From: Bacillota bacterium
GTDB lineage: Bacteria > Bacillota > Syntrophomonadia > Syntrophomonadales > DTU052
Length of the DNA: 64,000 nucleotides
Reading direction: 5' to 3'
NCBI GenBank assembly: GCA_029781825.1
Contig: JAKOVY010000031.1
Coordinates: forward strand, 4,297-68,296
Below the pieces are notes generated by a model that searched no databases, was not told the origin of the DNA, and worked only from the letters and a program-made list of their open reading frames with translations. The position numbers and the translations under genes were made by a program. Below, piece by piece: positions 9,468-18,691 of the stretch (position 1 is the stretch's first letter; each line of letters opens with the position of its first letter).

Positions 9468-10055
9468 ATGGCCAAGATAATTGTTGCCATTACCGGCGCC
9501 AGCGGGGTTGTATATGGAACCGAGCTGGTTAACTGGCTTTTGACTAACGGTCACCAGGTGTATTTGGTGCTGAGTGACCCCGCCCGACTGGTGCTGAAGC
9601 AGGAACTGGATTGGGAGATCAAGGACTCCCGGGAGGCGGCGAAATACTTCAAACCCGGGAATCTAACCTGCTTTGAGAATTCGCACATTGGAGCACCGAT
9701 TGCCAGCGGTTCTTTTATTCACGATGGCATGGTGGTGGTTCCATGCAGCATGTCCACCCTGGCGGGAATCGCCAACGGCACCTCCAACAACCTGATTGAA
9801 AGGGCGGCTGATGTCTGCCTGAAAGAGGGAAGGAATCTGGTGTTGGTCCCGCGCGAAACCCCGCTTAACTTGATTCATCTGCGGAACATGTTGGCGGCCG
9901 TGGAAGCCGGTGCCAGGATGGTTCCGGCCATGCCCGCCTTTTATGCCGATTCCAGCAGCGTAAGTGATCTTGTGCATTTTATGGTTGGCAAAATACTGGA
10001 CAGCTTGGGAATCGAAAACAATGCTTACCGCCGGTACAATGGAAACCTTGATTAA
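9468..10055 (+). CDS. ubiX: Flavin prenyltransferase UbiX
   Basis: Carries MAKIIVAITGASGVVYG and SMSTLAGIANG, typical of UbiX/Pad1. ATG 9468 is preceded by GGGGGAAG. Confidence 0.9.
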   Translation: MAKIIVAITGASGVVYGTELVNWLLTNGHQVYLVLSDPARLVLKQELDWEIKDSREAAKYFKPGNLTCFENSHIGAPIASGSFIHDGMVVVPCSMSTLAGIANGTSNNLIERAADVCLKEGRNLVLVPRETPLNLIHLRNMLAAVEAGARMVPAMPAFYADSSSVSDLVHFMVGKILDSLGIENNAYRRYNGNLD

Positions 10056-10180
10056 CGGTTCATACAGGAGCGACTGCGATTTACTGAAGTTGGCCTTTGG
10101 GGCGCCTTCATGATCCTTGTTCACGGCGGGGTGGGAAATAGTTCCTGGTGGCATAATCACGGTCCATGCAAACAGTTTCA

Positions 10181-10209
10181 TTGTGAGGCAGGAGCCAAAC
10201 CTATATAAT
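10181..10209 (+). promoter_or_regulatory. Sigma-A type promoter (TTGTGA-17 nt-TATAAT) upstream of the prenyl synthase and tatC
   Basis: -35 at 10181-10186 and consensus -10 at 10204-10209, about 33 nt upstream of ATG 10242. Confidence 0.5.
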
Positions 10210-10241
10210 AAAATCTGAATACCGATTAAGAGGTTAATTTA

Positions 10242-11210
10242 ATGCAATCACAGGAATTTTTCACCCCTATTAAGGGTGAGCTGCAGAAAACGGAAGAAGA
10301 GCTTATCAAGGCGGTTGATACGAGGCACCCTCTTTTGAAACAGGCGTCGAGCCACCTGATACATGCCGGTGGCAAGAGGCTGAGACCGGCCTTTGTTCTC
10401 CTGACGGGTTCTTGTTTTTCCTCCAAAATAGACCATCTTATACCGATGGCGGTAGCCATAGAATTGGTTCACATGGCAACGCTGGTTCACGATGATGTTA
10501 TCGACAACTCCTTGTCCCGCAGGGGGCGGGATACGGTTAAAGCCCGCTTTGGCAACCGCATGTCCATTTATTCGGGGGATTATATGCTGGCCAAAGCCCT
10601 GCACAAAGTTGGAGAGTACAGCCGGGCCGACCTGATGAAGATAGTAACCGAAACCAGCGTCAAAGTCTGCCAGGGGGAATTCGTTCAGCTTCAGAGTGCC
10701 TTTGACGTGGACCAGGGGATTATCGATTACTTTCGTCGTATCGAGCGAAAAACTGCCTTGTTAATGGCGGTTGCCTGTCAAGTAGGGGCCTTGCTGGCTG
10801 GGGCTCCTCCTCCGATGGTCAGAGCAATGCGCCGTTTCGGGCGTTATCTGGGTATGTCTTTTCAGATCACTGATGATATCCTGGATTTTACTGCCGATGA
10901 AAGTGTTCTGGGCAAACCTACGGGAAGCGACATCAGGCAGGGCATTATAACCCTCCCGGCATTATATGCCCTGAGAAACAGTCCTGAAGCTTCGGAACTG
11001 CGCGAAATCTTGAGATCACCGGATAATGTGGCTCGGCAGGCCGACCGGGCGATAAGCATTATTAACAGCAGCGGTGGAATTGAGTACTCCCAAAAAGTGG
11101 CTGAAAAATACATTGCCAAAGCTCATTTGATGCTGGAGCAGATTCCTTCAAGCCAGGCCAGGACTGCTCTAAGCAGGATTGCCGATTTTATCTGTGTAAG
11201 GGATTACTGA
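10242..11210 (+). CDS. All-trans polyprenyl diphosphate synthase (HepT/IspB family)
   Basis: Both Asp-rich motifs are intact (LVHDDVIDNS and FQITDDILD). Confidence 0.9.
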   Translation: MQSQEFFTPIKGELQKTEEELIKAVDTRHPLLKQASSHLIHAGGKRLRPAFVLLTGSCFSSKIDHLIPMAVAIELVHMATLVHDDVIDNSLSRRGRDTVKARFGNRMSIYSGDYMLAKALHKVGEYSRADLMKIVTETSVKVCQGEFVQLQSAFDVDQGIIDYFRRIERKTALLMAVACQVGALLAGAPPPMVRAMRRFGRYLGMSFQITDDILDFTADESVLGKPTGSDIRQGIITLPALYALRNSPEASELREILRSPDNVARQADRAISIINSSGGIEYSQKVAEKYIAKAHLMLEQIPSSQARTALSRIADFICVRDY

Positions 11211-11273
11211 GATTGGGGGACTTATTGGTTATCAGGTCATGGCACAGTGTGACAATTGGGAGGAATAGGATAA

Positions 11274-12029
11274 GTGTTCGGTTTTCGGAACATGACGGTT
11301 GAAGAGAAACAGACCATCCTTGAACACCTTGAAGACCTAAGAAAATCATTGCTGATATCGATGATCGCCATAGTAATTGCTGCAGTGGCGGCATTTTACT
11401 ACAGCGACTATCTGTTGGCCGTAATACAAAAGCCCCTGAAGCCGATGAACCTGGACCTGGTTTTTATAGGGATTCTCGAAGGATTCTACATCAAATTAAA
11501 ACTGGCGTTATTTGGAGGGGTGGTGCTGGCCTTTCCCATTATCGCATGGCAGATGTACAGGTTTATGGCCCCGGCGCTCTACCCGCATGAACGCAAGTAT
11601 GTTTTAATCCTGTTTCCGGTGATGATCATTCTGTTTGCCGGCGGGGTGTTGTTTGCTTACTTTGGGGTTTTAAAACTGGTGATCAGCTTTCTGATTATGA
11701 TAGCCGGTGACCTTGAACCCATGTTGACCGTCGACAAGTACGTTTCCTTCGTTATCGCTTTTACCCTTCCCTTTGGTCTTATTTTTGAACTGCCGGTGGT
11801 AGTCTACTTCCTGACCCGCCTCGGTATCGTCACGCCGGAATGGCTCTCCCAAAAAAGAAAATACGCCCTTCTCGGAATATTCGTGGTGGCTGCAGTTGTA
11901 ACCCCCGGTGGTGATCCCATCTCACAGTGCCTGATGGGAATACCCGTCTACCTGCTGTATGAATTAAGTATCCTGGTGAGCAGACTTTCCCGCCCCAAAA
12001 AGAGCGATGATTCGGAGGCGGAAGATTAA
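11274..12029 (+). CDS. tatC: Twin-arginine translocase subunit TatC
   Basis: Six-TM protein with a TatC signature N-terminus (ILEHLEDLRKSLL) and the motif TPGGDP. GTG 11274 or ATG 11292 is the start. Confidence 0.9.
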   Translation: MFGFRNMTVEEKQTILEHLEDLRKSLLISMIAIVIAAVAAFYYSDYLLAVIQKPLKPMNLDLVFIGILEGFYIKLKLALFGGVVLAFPIIAWQMYRFMAPALYPHERKYVLILFPVMIILFAGGVLFAYFGVLKLVISFLIMIAGDLEPMLTVDKYVSFVIAFTLPFGLIFELPVVVYFLTRLGIVTPEWLSQKRKYALLGIFVVAAVVTPGGDPISQCLMGIPVYLLYELSILVSRLSRPKKSDDSEAED

Positions 12030-12243
12030 GCTCCGACAGGCGTTTTATGATGTACGAGCGCAATTCTCTGCATTAAGGTTATTTATTAAAATGATAACTT
12101 ATAGTTATATTAATATTTTGTAGTTTATTCCTATAGAGGATACTTGATTTTTTCCTCGAATTATTATTAAGGTATACCTATTTGTACCCCTGAACCCCAA
12201 CCAACGCAGTCAAACTAAATATTTAAGAAAGGAGACGTTCGGT

Positions 12244-15200
12244 GTGAAGGTTACGCGAAGACAGTTCCTAAAAATCACCGGAGCAAGTGCTGCCACCTTT
12301 GCCGTCATGGACCTGGGGTTTAACCTGGGAGCCACGGCTGCCGAGCTGAAAGAATCGCGTATTAAAAACGTAACTCCTACACCTACGGTCTGCCCGTACT
12401 GCGCCTCGGGGTGCGGCCTCCTGGTCTACGCAGAAAGGGATGCGGAAGGGAAGTTTGTAAAGCTTCTCAGCGTGGAGGGAGATCCGGACAACCCGATTAA
12501 CCGCGGTGCCGCATGTGCCAAAGGTGCAGCAATGTTCAATCTTAGAGAGATTTATGATGAAAAAACCGGCGAGCAGATTATTAACCCGAAACGGGTGCAG
12601 AAACCGCTCTATCGGGCTCCCGGAAGCGAGAAGTGGGAAGAAAAAGAATGGGATTGGATGCTTGATAGGATAGCCGAGCGGGTCAAGGAATCAAGGGATA
12701 GAGATTTTATTCACAAAGAGAGACTGGCGGATGGAAGTGAAATCATTGTTAACCGTACTGAGCGGATTGCATCAATAGGCGGGTCCGGACTCGACAACGA
12801 GGAAGCATACCTGCACAGCAAGCTGATGCGGGCTCTCGGAGTTGTCTACCTCGAGACCCAGGCCCGTATCTGACACTCCGCTACGGTGGCAGGATTGTCA
12901 CCTTCATTCGGCCGGGGTGTTATGACCAATCATGTTATTGATTTGAAAAACACTGATTGTGCATTAATAATTGGCAGCAATGCCGCCGAAAACCATCCGA
13001 TAACCATGAAATGGCTGACCAAGGCCAGGGAAGAAAGAGGGGCCAAGATTATTCATGTTGACCCCCGGTTCACCAGAACTTCAGCGGTTGCCGATATCTA
13101 TGCACCTCTGCGTTCCGGAACTGATATTCCATTTATCGGCGGTATGATCAAGTATATCCTTGACAACGAGCTTTATCACCGGGATTATGTAGCCTATTAC
13201 ACGAATGCCTCATTCCTGGTGGCCGAAGGCTATGATTTCAAGGACGGTCTTTTTACGGGTTATGATGCTGCCAAGCGTCAGTACGATCCGTCTTCATGGG
13301 ATTATCAGAAGGACGCCGCAGGCAACCCGATAAGGGATATGACCCTGCAGCACCCGCGTTGCGTCCTGCAGCTGATGAAAAAGCATTACGAGCGGTATGA
13401 CATTGACACGGTATGCAAAGTGACCGGGTGTCCCAAGGACAAGTATATGGAGGTTCTCAAGACCTACTGTGCTACCGGAGCACCTAACAAGGTCGGGACC
13501 ATAATGTACGCCATGGGTACCACCCAGCATACGGTTGGCAGTCAGAACGTTCGTGCCTATGCCATCCTGCAGCTCCTCCTTGGCAACGTCGGGAGACCCG
13601 GGGGCGGGGTAAATGCCCTGCGGGGAGAGAACAATGTTCAAGGGGCTACGGATATGGCACTGCTGTTCCATATCATCCCCGGATATATCAATTCCCCGAT
13701 GAACACGGCGGCGCATAAAGACTTGCAGGCTTTCCTGGCCACGGAGACTCCTGCATCCGGTTATCGGGTCAATACTCCCAAATGGGTGGTAAGCCTGCTT
13801 AAGGCTTGGTGGGGAGACTCTGCCACCAGGGATAATGACTTTGCCTACCATTATCTCCCCAAACGGGATGCCAGCAAAAACTATTCTCATATAGCCATGT
13901 TCGAGGCTATGTATGAAGGAAAGATTGACGGTCTTTTCATCATGGGCAGCAACCCGGTAGTAGGCGGTCCCAATGCCAATAAGGAGCAGGCCGCCATGGC
14001 CAAGCTCAAATGGCTGGTAAGCGTGGACCTGTGGCTCAATGAGTCGGCCGAATTCTGGTCCTACAAGGCCTGGGAGAGACCGGTCAAAAACCCGGCGGTG
14101 CCTCAACTGAAACCTACCGATATTGAGACTGAAGTATTCTTCCTGCCGGCAGCGGGGGTTTACGAGAAAGAAGGAACCGCCTCCAATACCGGACGCTGGA
14201 TGCAGTATCGCTGGAAGGGTGCCGAACCGGTTGGGGAGTCCAAGCCCGACCTGTGGATTATTGACCAGATCGCAAAAAGGGTTAAGAAACTCTATGAAAA
14301 CAGTACCCTTCCGCAGGACGAACCGATCAAAAACCTCACCTGGGGCTACGGTCACGGGGAAGAACCAGAGGTCGAGCTGGTGGGACTCGAAATTAACGGA
14401 TACTATGTGGACAGCGGCAAACCGGTGGAGAGTTTTGCCAATCTCCGGGACGATGGCAGCACCACCTCGGGATGCTGGGTCTACTGCGGGTGCATGACTA
14501 CCAAGCCCAACGGTGAACTGGACTACAAACCGAAATGGCGCGACAACACTGATAATTCCAAGACCGGGTTGGGATTATACTCCAACTGGGCCTGGTCGTG
14601 GCCGTTAAACCGCAGGATAGTTTACAACCGGTGCTCGGTTCAGCCGGATGGTGTCACTCCATGGCCGGGCGACGATGACCGGGTGCTTATTAGATGGGAT
14701 GCCAGTGCAGGTGCCTGGGTGGGCGACGATGTATGCGACTTCAACAAGACTTTGGCGCCCGACGCACCTGGCGGAACCAACCCCTTCATCATGAAACCGG
14801 ACGGTGTTGGCGGCCTGTTTGCAACCACAACCGGTATGAAGGACGGTCCGTTCCCCGAACACTACGAGCCGTGGGAGAGCCCGTTTGAGAACGTATTCAG
14901 CAGTCAGCAGAACAACCCGTGTATTAAGATATGGGAACCCGACAAACAGGGTACGTCGGACAAGTATCCGATTATCGGTACCACTTATCGTGTGGTTGAG
15001 CACTGGCAAACCGGGGCTTTGACCCGTAACCTGCCGTGGTTGGCCGAGCTCATGCCCAATATGTTCGTAGAGATGAGCGAGGAGCTTGCTCGCCTCAAAG
15101 GCATAAAGAACGGCCAAAAGGTTATTGTAAGCACCACCAGAGGTGACATCGAAGCCGTTGCATGTGTTACCAAACGGATTAAGCCGATGGTCGTAAACGG

Positions 15201-15354
15201 CAAAGAGGTTCACCAGATCGGAATGGTTTGGCATTATGGGTTCAAGGGTTATGCTGTCGGTGATCCTGCCAACCGCTTGACACCGCATGTCGGTGACGCC
15301 AATACCATGATACCTGAGTACAAAGCCTGGCTTTGCGATGTAAGGAGGGCGTAA
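12244..15354 (+). CDS. fdhA: Formate dehydrogenase catalytic subunit, molybdo/tungstopterin, selenocysteine-containing, Tat-exported
   Basis: The two track ORFs (12244-12873 and 12886-15354) are in the same frame and are separated only by TGA 12871-12873 in the context ETQARI-U-HSATVAGL, the FDH active-site Sec position. It also has the Tat signal RRQFLKITGASAATFA and the [4Fe-4S] motif CPYCASGCG. Confidence 0.9.
12885..12902 (+). other. Putative bacterial SECIS hairpin
   Basis: GGUGGC-AGGAUU-GUCACC, a 6-bp stem (one G-U pair) with a 6-nt loop. It starts 12 nt after the UGA codon, the position expected for SelB-dependent recoding. Confidence 0.5.
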
Positions 15355-15356
15355 CT

Positions 15357-16166
15357 ATGGCGAAGATGGGTAATCTTTACGACGCGACCAAGTGCACAGC
15401 CTGCCGCGGTTGCCAGGTAGCCTGTAAGAACTGGAATCAATTGCCGGCAGTGATTGAGCCTTTTAAGGGCAATTACCAGACCCATGAGAGCACCAATGCC
15501 AACACTTATACCATTGTCAAGTTCTTCGAATACGATGATGTGTACGGCCCCAAATGGTATTTCTGCAAGCACCAGTGTATGCACTGTGAATACCCGGCCT
15601 GTGTCGATGCCTGCCCCCGCAAAGCCTTGTATAAGAACGATTGGGGTGCGGTGCTGAAGGACTACCAGAAATGCGTGGGATGCCAGTACTGTGTTTATGC
15701 ATGTCCCTTTGAGATTCCGAAGTACCATAAACCTTCGGATACGGTTACCAAGTGCACCCTTTGTGCCGAACGGGTTGAAGCGGGCGGAATTCCGGCTTGT
15801 GCCAAAACCTGTCCCACCGGTGCGCTGCAGTTTGGTGAACGACAGGAACTGCTCGCTATCGCCCGGGAGAGGGTAAAGTACCTCAGGGCCAACGGTTATC
15901 CCAACGCTACCATTTATGGGGAGCATGAACTGGGAGGGCTCAATAAGCTTTATATTCTCGGCGATGTGCCCGAGAAGTACGGTTTGCCGTCAGAACCGAA
16001 GGTCTCATCAATAACTACGTTTTGGCAGAATATTGTTCAGCCCTGGTTTGGCTTACTGATTCCTCTGGCTTTGGCCGGCTCCGCCGCCAGTTTCTTTACC
16101 ACCCGGCTCCTGAAGGCCAGGCAGGAACAGCAGCAAGGAGGTGTAACCCATGGAACTCATAACTAA
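15357..16166 (+). CDS. fdhB: Formate dehydrogenase iron-sulfur subunit (FdnH-like, four [4Fe-4S] motifs, C-terminal membrane anchor)
   Basis: Carries CTACRGCQVACK, CMHCEYPACVDACP, CVGCQYCVYACP and CTLCAERV...CAKTCP, plus a C-terminal hydrophobic helix. RBS AAGGAGGG is present. Confidence 0.9.
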   Translation: MAKMGNLYDATKCTACRGCQVACKNWNQLPAVIEPFKGNYQTHESTNANTYTIVKFFEYDDVYGPKWYFCKHQCMHCEYPACVDACPRKALYKNDWGAVLKDYQKCVGCQYCVYACPFEIPKYHKPSDTVTKCTLCAERVEAGGIPACAKTCPTGALQFGERQELLAIARERVKYLRANGYPNATIYGEHELGGLNKLYILGDVPEKYGLPSEPKVSSITTFWQNIVQPWFGLLIPLALAGSAASFFTTRLLKARQEQQQGGVTHGTHN

Positions 16167-16827
16167 GTATGAGCCTGATGTTGAACGCATAGAAAGGTTT
16201 AGTTTAAGTGCCCGGGTTGCTCACTGGACCCATACGGTTACTTTTGTCATTCTGCTGTTAACGGGATTAGTCCTGTTTATGGATTCCCGGTGGGACTTCC
16301 TGGCTGCTATATTTGGCGGATACCGGGGAGCAGGCCTGATTCATCGCATTATGGCGGTTATCTTTACTGTAGTTCCACTTGTTTGCGTAGCCGTCAACTG
16401 GCGGGGTTTCGTGGATTGGTGGAAGGATGTCTTCTCCTTCGGGAAGAATGATATCAAGTTCCTTCTGAAATTCCCACTCGAGTTCATGGGATTTCATGTG
16501 GATATTCCTCCTCAGACCAAGTTTAACGGTGGGGAGAAAATGAACTCGGTGGTTACCACTACTTCCTGTGTACTGGTGGCGATCAGCGGTTATATCATGT
16601 GGTTCCCGTCGATATTCCCTCCGACTCTGGTCAGGTTGGCCTACCCGACCCATGATATATTTATGATCATAGCCACCATGATGGTTTGCATGCACGGGTA
16701 CCTGGGTTCGTTACACCCCGGTTCGGGTGAATCGTTCTGGGGGATGGTGAAGGGTACCGTTAGGGCCGATTGGGCGGAACACCATCACAAGGCCTGGTAC
16801 GACCGGCAGCGTGAACAACAGGATTAA
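16150..16827 (+). CDS. fdhC: Formate dehydrogenase cytochrome b subunit (FdnI-like)
   Basis: Four-TM protein with conserved His residues in the TM helices (AHWTH, LIHRIM, THDIFM, MHGY). It overlaps fdhB by 17 nt. Confidence 0.8.
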   Translation: MELITKYEPDVERIERFSLSARVAHWTHTVTFVILLLTGLVLFMDSRWDFLAAIFGGYRGAGLIHRIMAVIFTVVPLVCVAVNWRGFVDWWKDVFSFGKNDIKFLLKFPLEFMGFHVDIPPQTKFNGGEKMNSVVTTTSCVLVAISGYIMWFPSIFPPTLVRLAYPTHDIFMIIATMMVCMHGYLGSLHPGSGESFWGMVKGTVRADWAEHHHKAWYDRQREQQD

Positions 16828-16848
16828 GACGTTACCGGAGCAGTGCAG

Positions 16849-16880
16849 AAGGGGGGAGAGAAAACTCCCCCTTTTCCTTT
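16849..16880 (+). terminator. Rho-independent terminator after fdhC
   Basis: GGGGGGAG-agaaaa-CTCCCCC followed by TTTTCCTTT. Confidence 0.7.
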
Positions 16881-16941
16881 ACAAGGCCCGGATGTATTTG
16901 TCATAATATCAACAAGTTCTGGGGATAGGAGATGCTAAGGT

Positions 16942-17784
16942 ATGAAAAACCGGATCCCGTTTACTTTACCCGAGGGTTATATAGATTTCTATAAGGCTGT
17001 AGAATCATGGCAGAATGAATTGTTCTTCAAACTGAAAAGAACGGCCGGCATTGGCGAGTTAGACGCCGCCAGTATTCCCCAAAGTATTAATAGACCGGTT
17101 TTGGAAACCCACGGTATTGACATCGACCCCGACCATTACCGGGAAGCTTTTTTGGAACTGACGCAACGGGTGATGAAGGAAAGGGAAGTCATAAAGGAAA
17201 CCTTGCAGGAGATTGTAAGGGTGTTTTCAGAAATGGACTTTGGTGAAATCGCTTCCCGTGTTATAAATAACGACTGGCAGCACATTGAAAGACTTGCGGC
17301 AGAAAAAGGCATGTCCGGTGAATTGGTTTACTTCCTGCTGGATCATGCATTAAGGCCGTTCTTAAGGTGCTACGCCCTGCCATACCAGGCGGTGGTAGCC
17401 GGTGAGGATTTTCACTGGGAAATGGCGGTTTGCCCGGTCTGCGGTTCGCAGGTCAATTTTTCACGGGTCCGGGCCGAGGACGGACAGAGATTCCTGTTCT
17501 GTGAGCACTGCTTTACGGAATGGCCTTCCAGGTATCTGGGATGTATTTACTGCGGCAATACCGAGCCTCTTACCATAAAGTACCTGGTGGTCGAGGGTGA
17601 TGACGCCCACCAGTTGTTCGTATGTGAGAAATGCAAAGGTTATCTGAAGACTTTTGACGAGCGCAAGGGAGATGCCAAAAGGGATCTTTTTATCGCCGGT
17701 ATTGAGACCGTTTATCTGGACCTAATTGCTGAAGAAAATGGGTATACCAATAACAGAGCAGAGGATGAGCGCAATCTGAATTAA
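16942..17784 (+). CDS. fdhE: Formate dehydrogenase accessory protein FdhE
   Basis: Has four CxxC pairs (CPVCGS, CEHC, CIYCGN, CEKCKG) in the C-terminal half. The size and genomic context are typical of FdhE. Confidence 0.85.
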   Translation: MKNRIPFTLPEGYIDFYKAVESWQNELFFKLKRTAGIGELDAASIPQSINRPVLETHGIDIDPDHYREAFLELTQRVMKEREVIKETLQEIVRVFSEMDFGEIASRVINNDWQHIERLAAEKGMSGELVYFLLDHALRPFLRCYALPYQAVVAGEDFHWEMAVCPVCGSQVNFSRVRAEDGQRFLFCEHCFTEWPSRYLGCIYCGNTEPLTIKYLVVEGDDAHQLFVCEKCKGYLKTFDERKGDAKRDLFIAGIETVYLDLIAEENGYTNNRAEDERNLN

Positions 17785-17797
17785 GAGGGGGATAGAT

Positions 17798-17986
17798 ATG
17801 GTCGGCTTGATCGGCAGCATCGGACCGTGGGAACTGATACTGGTACTGGCTATCCTTCTGATCATAGTAGGTCCCGGGAAGCTGCCCGGTGTCGGTAAGG
17901 CGATCGGCAAATCGATTGTAGAATTCAAGAGGGCCAGGGACGGCGAACCTAATAAACCAACGGACCAAGAGGAAAAGACTGAATAA
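17798..17986 (+). CDS. tatA: Twin-arginine translocase subunit TatA/E
   Basis: 62 aa. A single TM helix is followed by an amphipathic helix (GPWELILVLAILLIIVGPGKLPGVGKAIGKSIVEFKRA). Confidence 0.9.
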   Translation: MVGLIGSIGPWELILVLAILLIIVGPGKLPGVGKAIGKSIVEFKRARDGEPNKPTDQEEKTE

Positions 17987-17998
17987 CAGGAAGGATTT

Positions 17999-18027
17999 AA
18001 AAGGTCTGTTAGCAGACCTTTTCTTTT
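17999..18027 (+). terminator. Rho-independent terminator after tatA
   Basis: AAAAGGTCTG-ttag-CAGACCTTTT followed by CTTTT. Confidence 0.8.
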
Positions 18028-18049
18028 AGTAAGCAGCGGAGGGGATTAC

Positions 18050-18691
18050 ATGGCCCGGATGTTCCCCATTGTCGTTAATCTCGAGGGCTGTAGTTGTCTG
18101 GTGGTGGGAGGGGGCACGGTTGCCCTGCGCAAAGTTAAAAACCTCCTGCAATGCGGAGCGGCTATCAACGTGGTCAGTCCGTCATTTTGTGAGGAGATGG
18201 TGCTTCTAGGGAAGGAGGAGCAGGTCACTCTGATCCCCCGCAAGTTCGAGGACCGTGATGTACACGGGCACATGCTGGTTTTTGCCGCCACCAGCGATGA
18301 AGCGGTTAATCAAAGGGTTTATGAGCTCTGCCGGGAGAACAGAATACTGGTAAACACGGTGGACGATCCAGACAGGTGCAATTTTCTGGTACCTGCAACC
18401 ATGAGAAGGGGTGCTCTGACCATCGCCATCAACACCGAAGGCAGGAGCCCGCTGCTGGCTCGCAGGCTGCGGATGGAGATGGAAGACCGGTATGGGCCTG
18501 AATATGCCGATTACCTGGAACTTCTGGGTGACGCCCGGGCTGTGGTGAAGGGTACCTTTGACCTGGAATCCACCCGCAAAGAGGTCTTTGCCAAGATCCT
18601 GGACCTTCCGGTATTATCTTTGCTGCGGCAGGGAAAGAAGGAAGAGGCAAGGGAGCGAATAATGGAATGTATATACTCCTGGCCGGATTAA
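18050..18691 (+). CDS. Precorrin-2 dehydrogenase / sirohydrochlorin ferrochelatase (SirC / CysG N-terminal type)
   Basis: Carries the NAD fold CLVVGGGTVALRKVKNLL. The roughly 210-aa length and the position at the head of the hem cluster fit this call. Confidence 0.85.
   Translation: MARMFPIVVNLEGCSCLVVGGGTVALRKVKNLLQCGAAINVVSPSFCEEMVLLGKEEQVTLIPRKFEDRDVHGHMLVFAATSDEAVNQRVYELCRENRILVNTVDDPDRCNFLVPATMRRGALTIAINTEGRSPLLARRLRMEMEDRYGPEYADYLELLGDARAVVKGTFDLESTRKEVFAKILDLPVLSLLRQGKKEEARERIMECIYSWPD

Noticed and set aside
12060-12243. A Moco or other riboswitch in the fdhA leader.
   Set aside because: The region is AT-rich with only a 5-bp hairpin and a short inverted repeat. There are no GC-rich multi-stem junctions or conserved Moco-motif blocks, so it looks like a plain promoter and operator region.
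13294-14355. Long antisense ORFs inside well-supported genes: 13294-14355, 20847-21851, 24550-25449, 31971-32930, 60183-61076, 63043-63960 and 9663-10181.
   Set aside because: They lie fully opposite strongly recognisable genes, have Arg/Gly/Pro-rich low-complexity translations and no RBS. They are typical shadow ORFs of GC-rich coding DNA.
12886-15354. The ORF-track entry starting with GTG at 12886, read as an independent 822-aa gene.
   Set aside because: It is in the same frame as 12244-12873 and is separated from it only by UGA plus four sense codons within the conserved FDH active-site motif. I treat the two as one selenoprotein gene.
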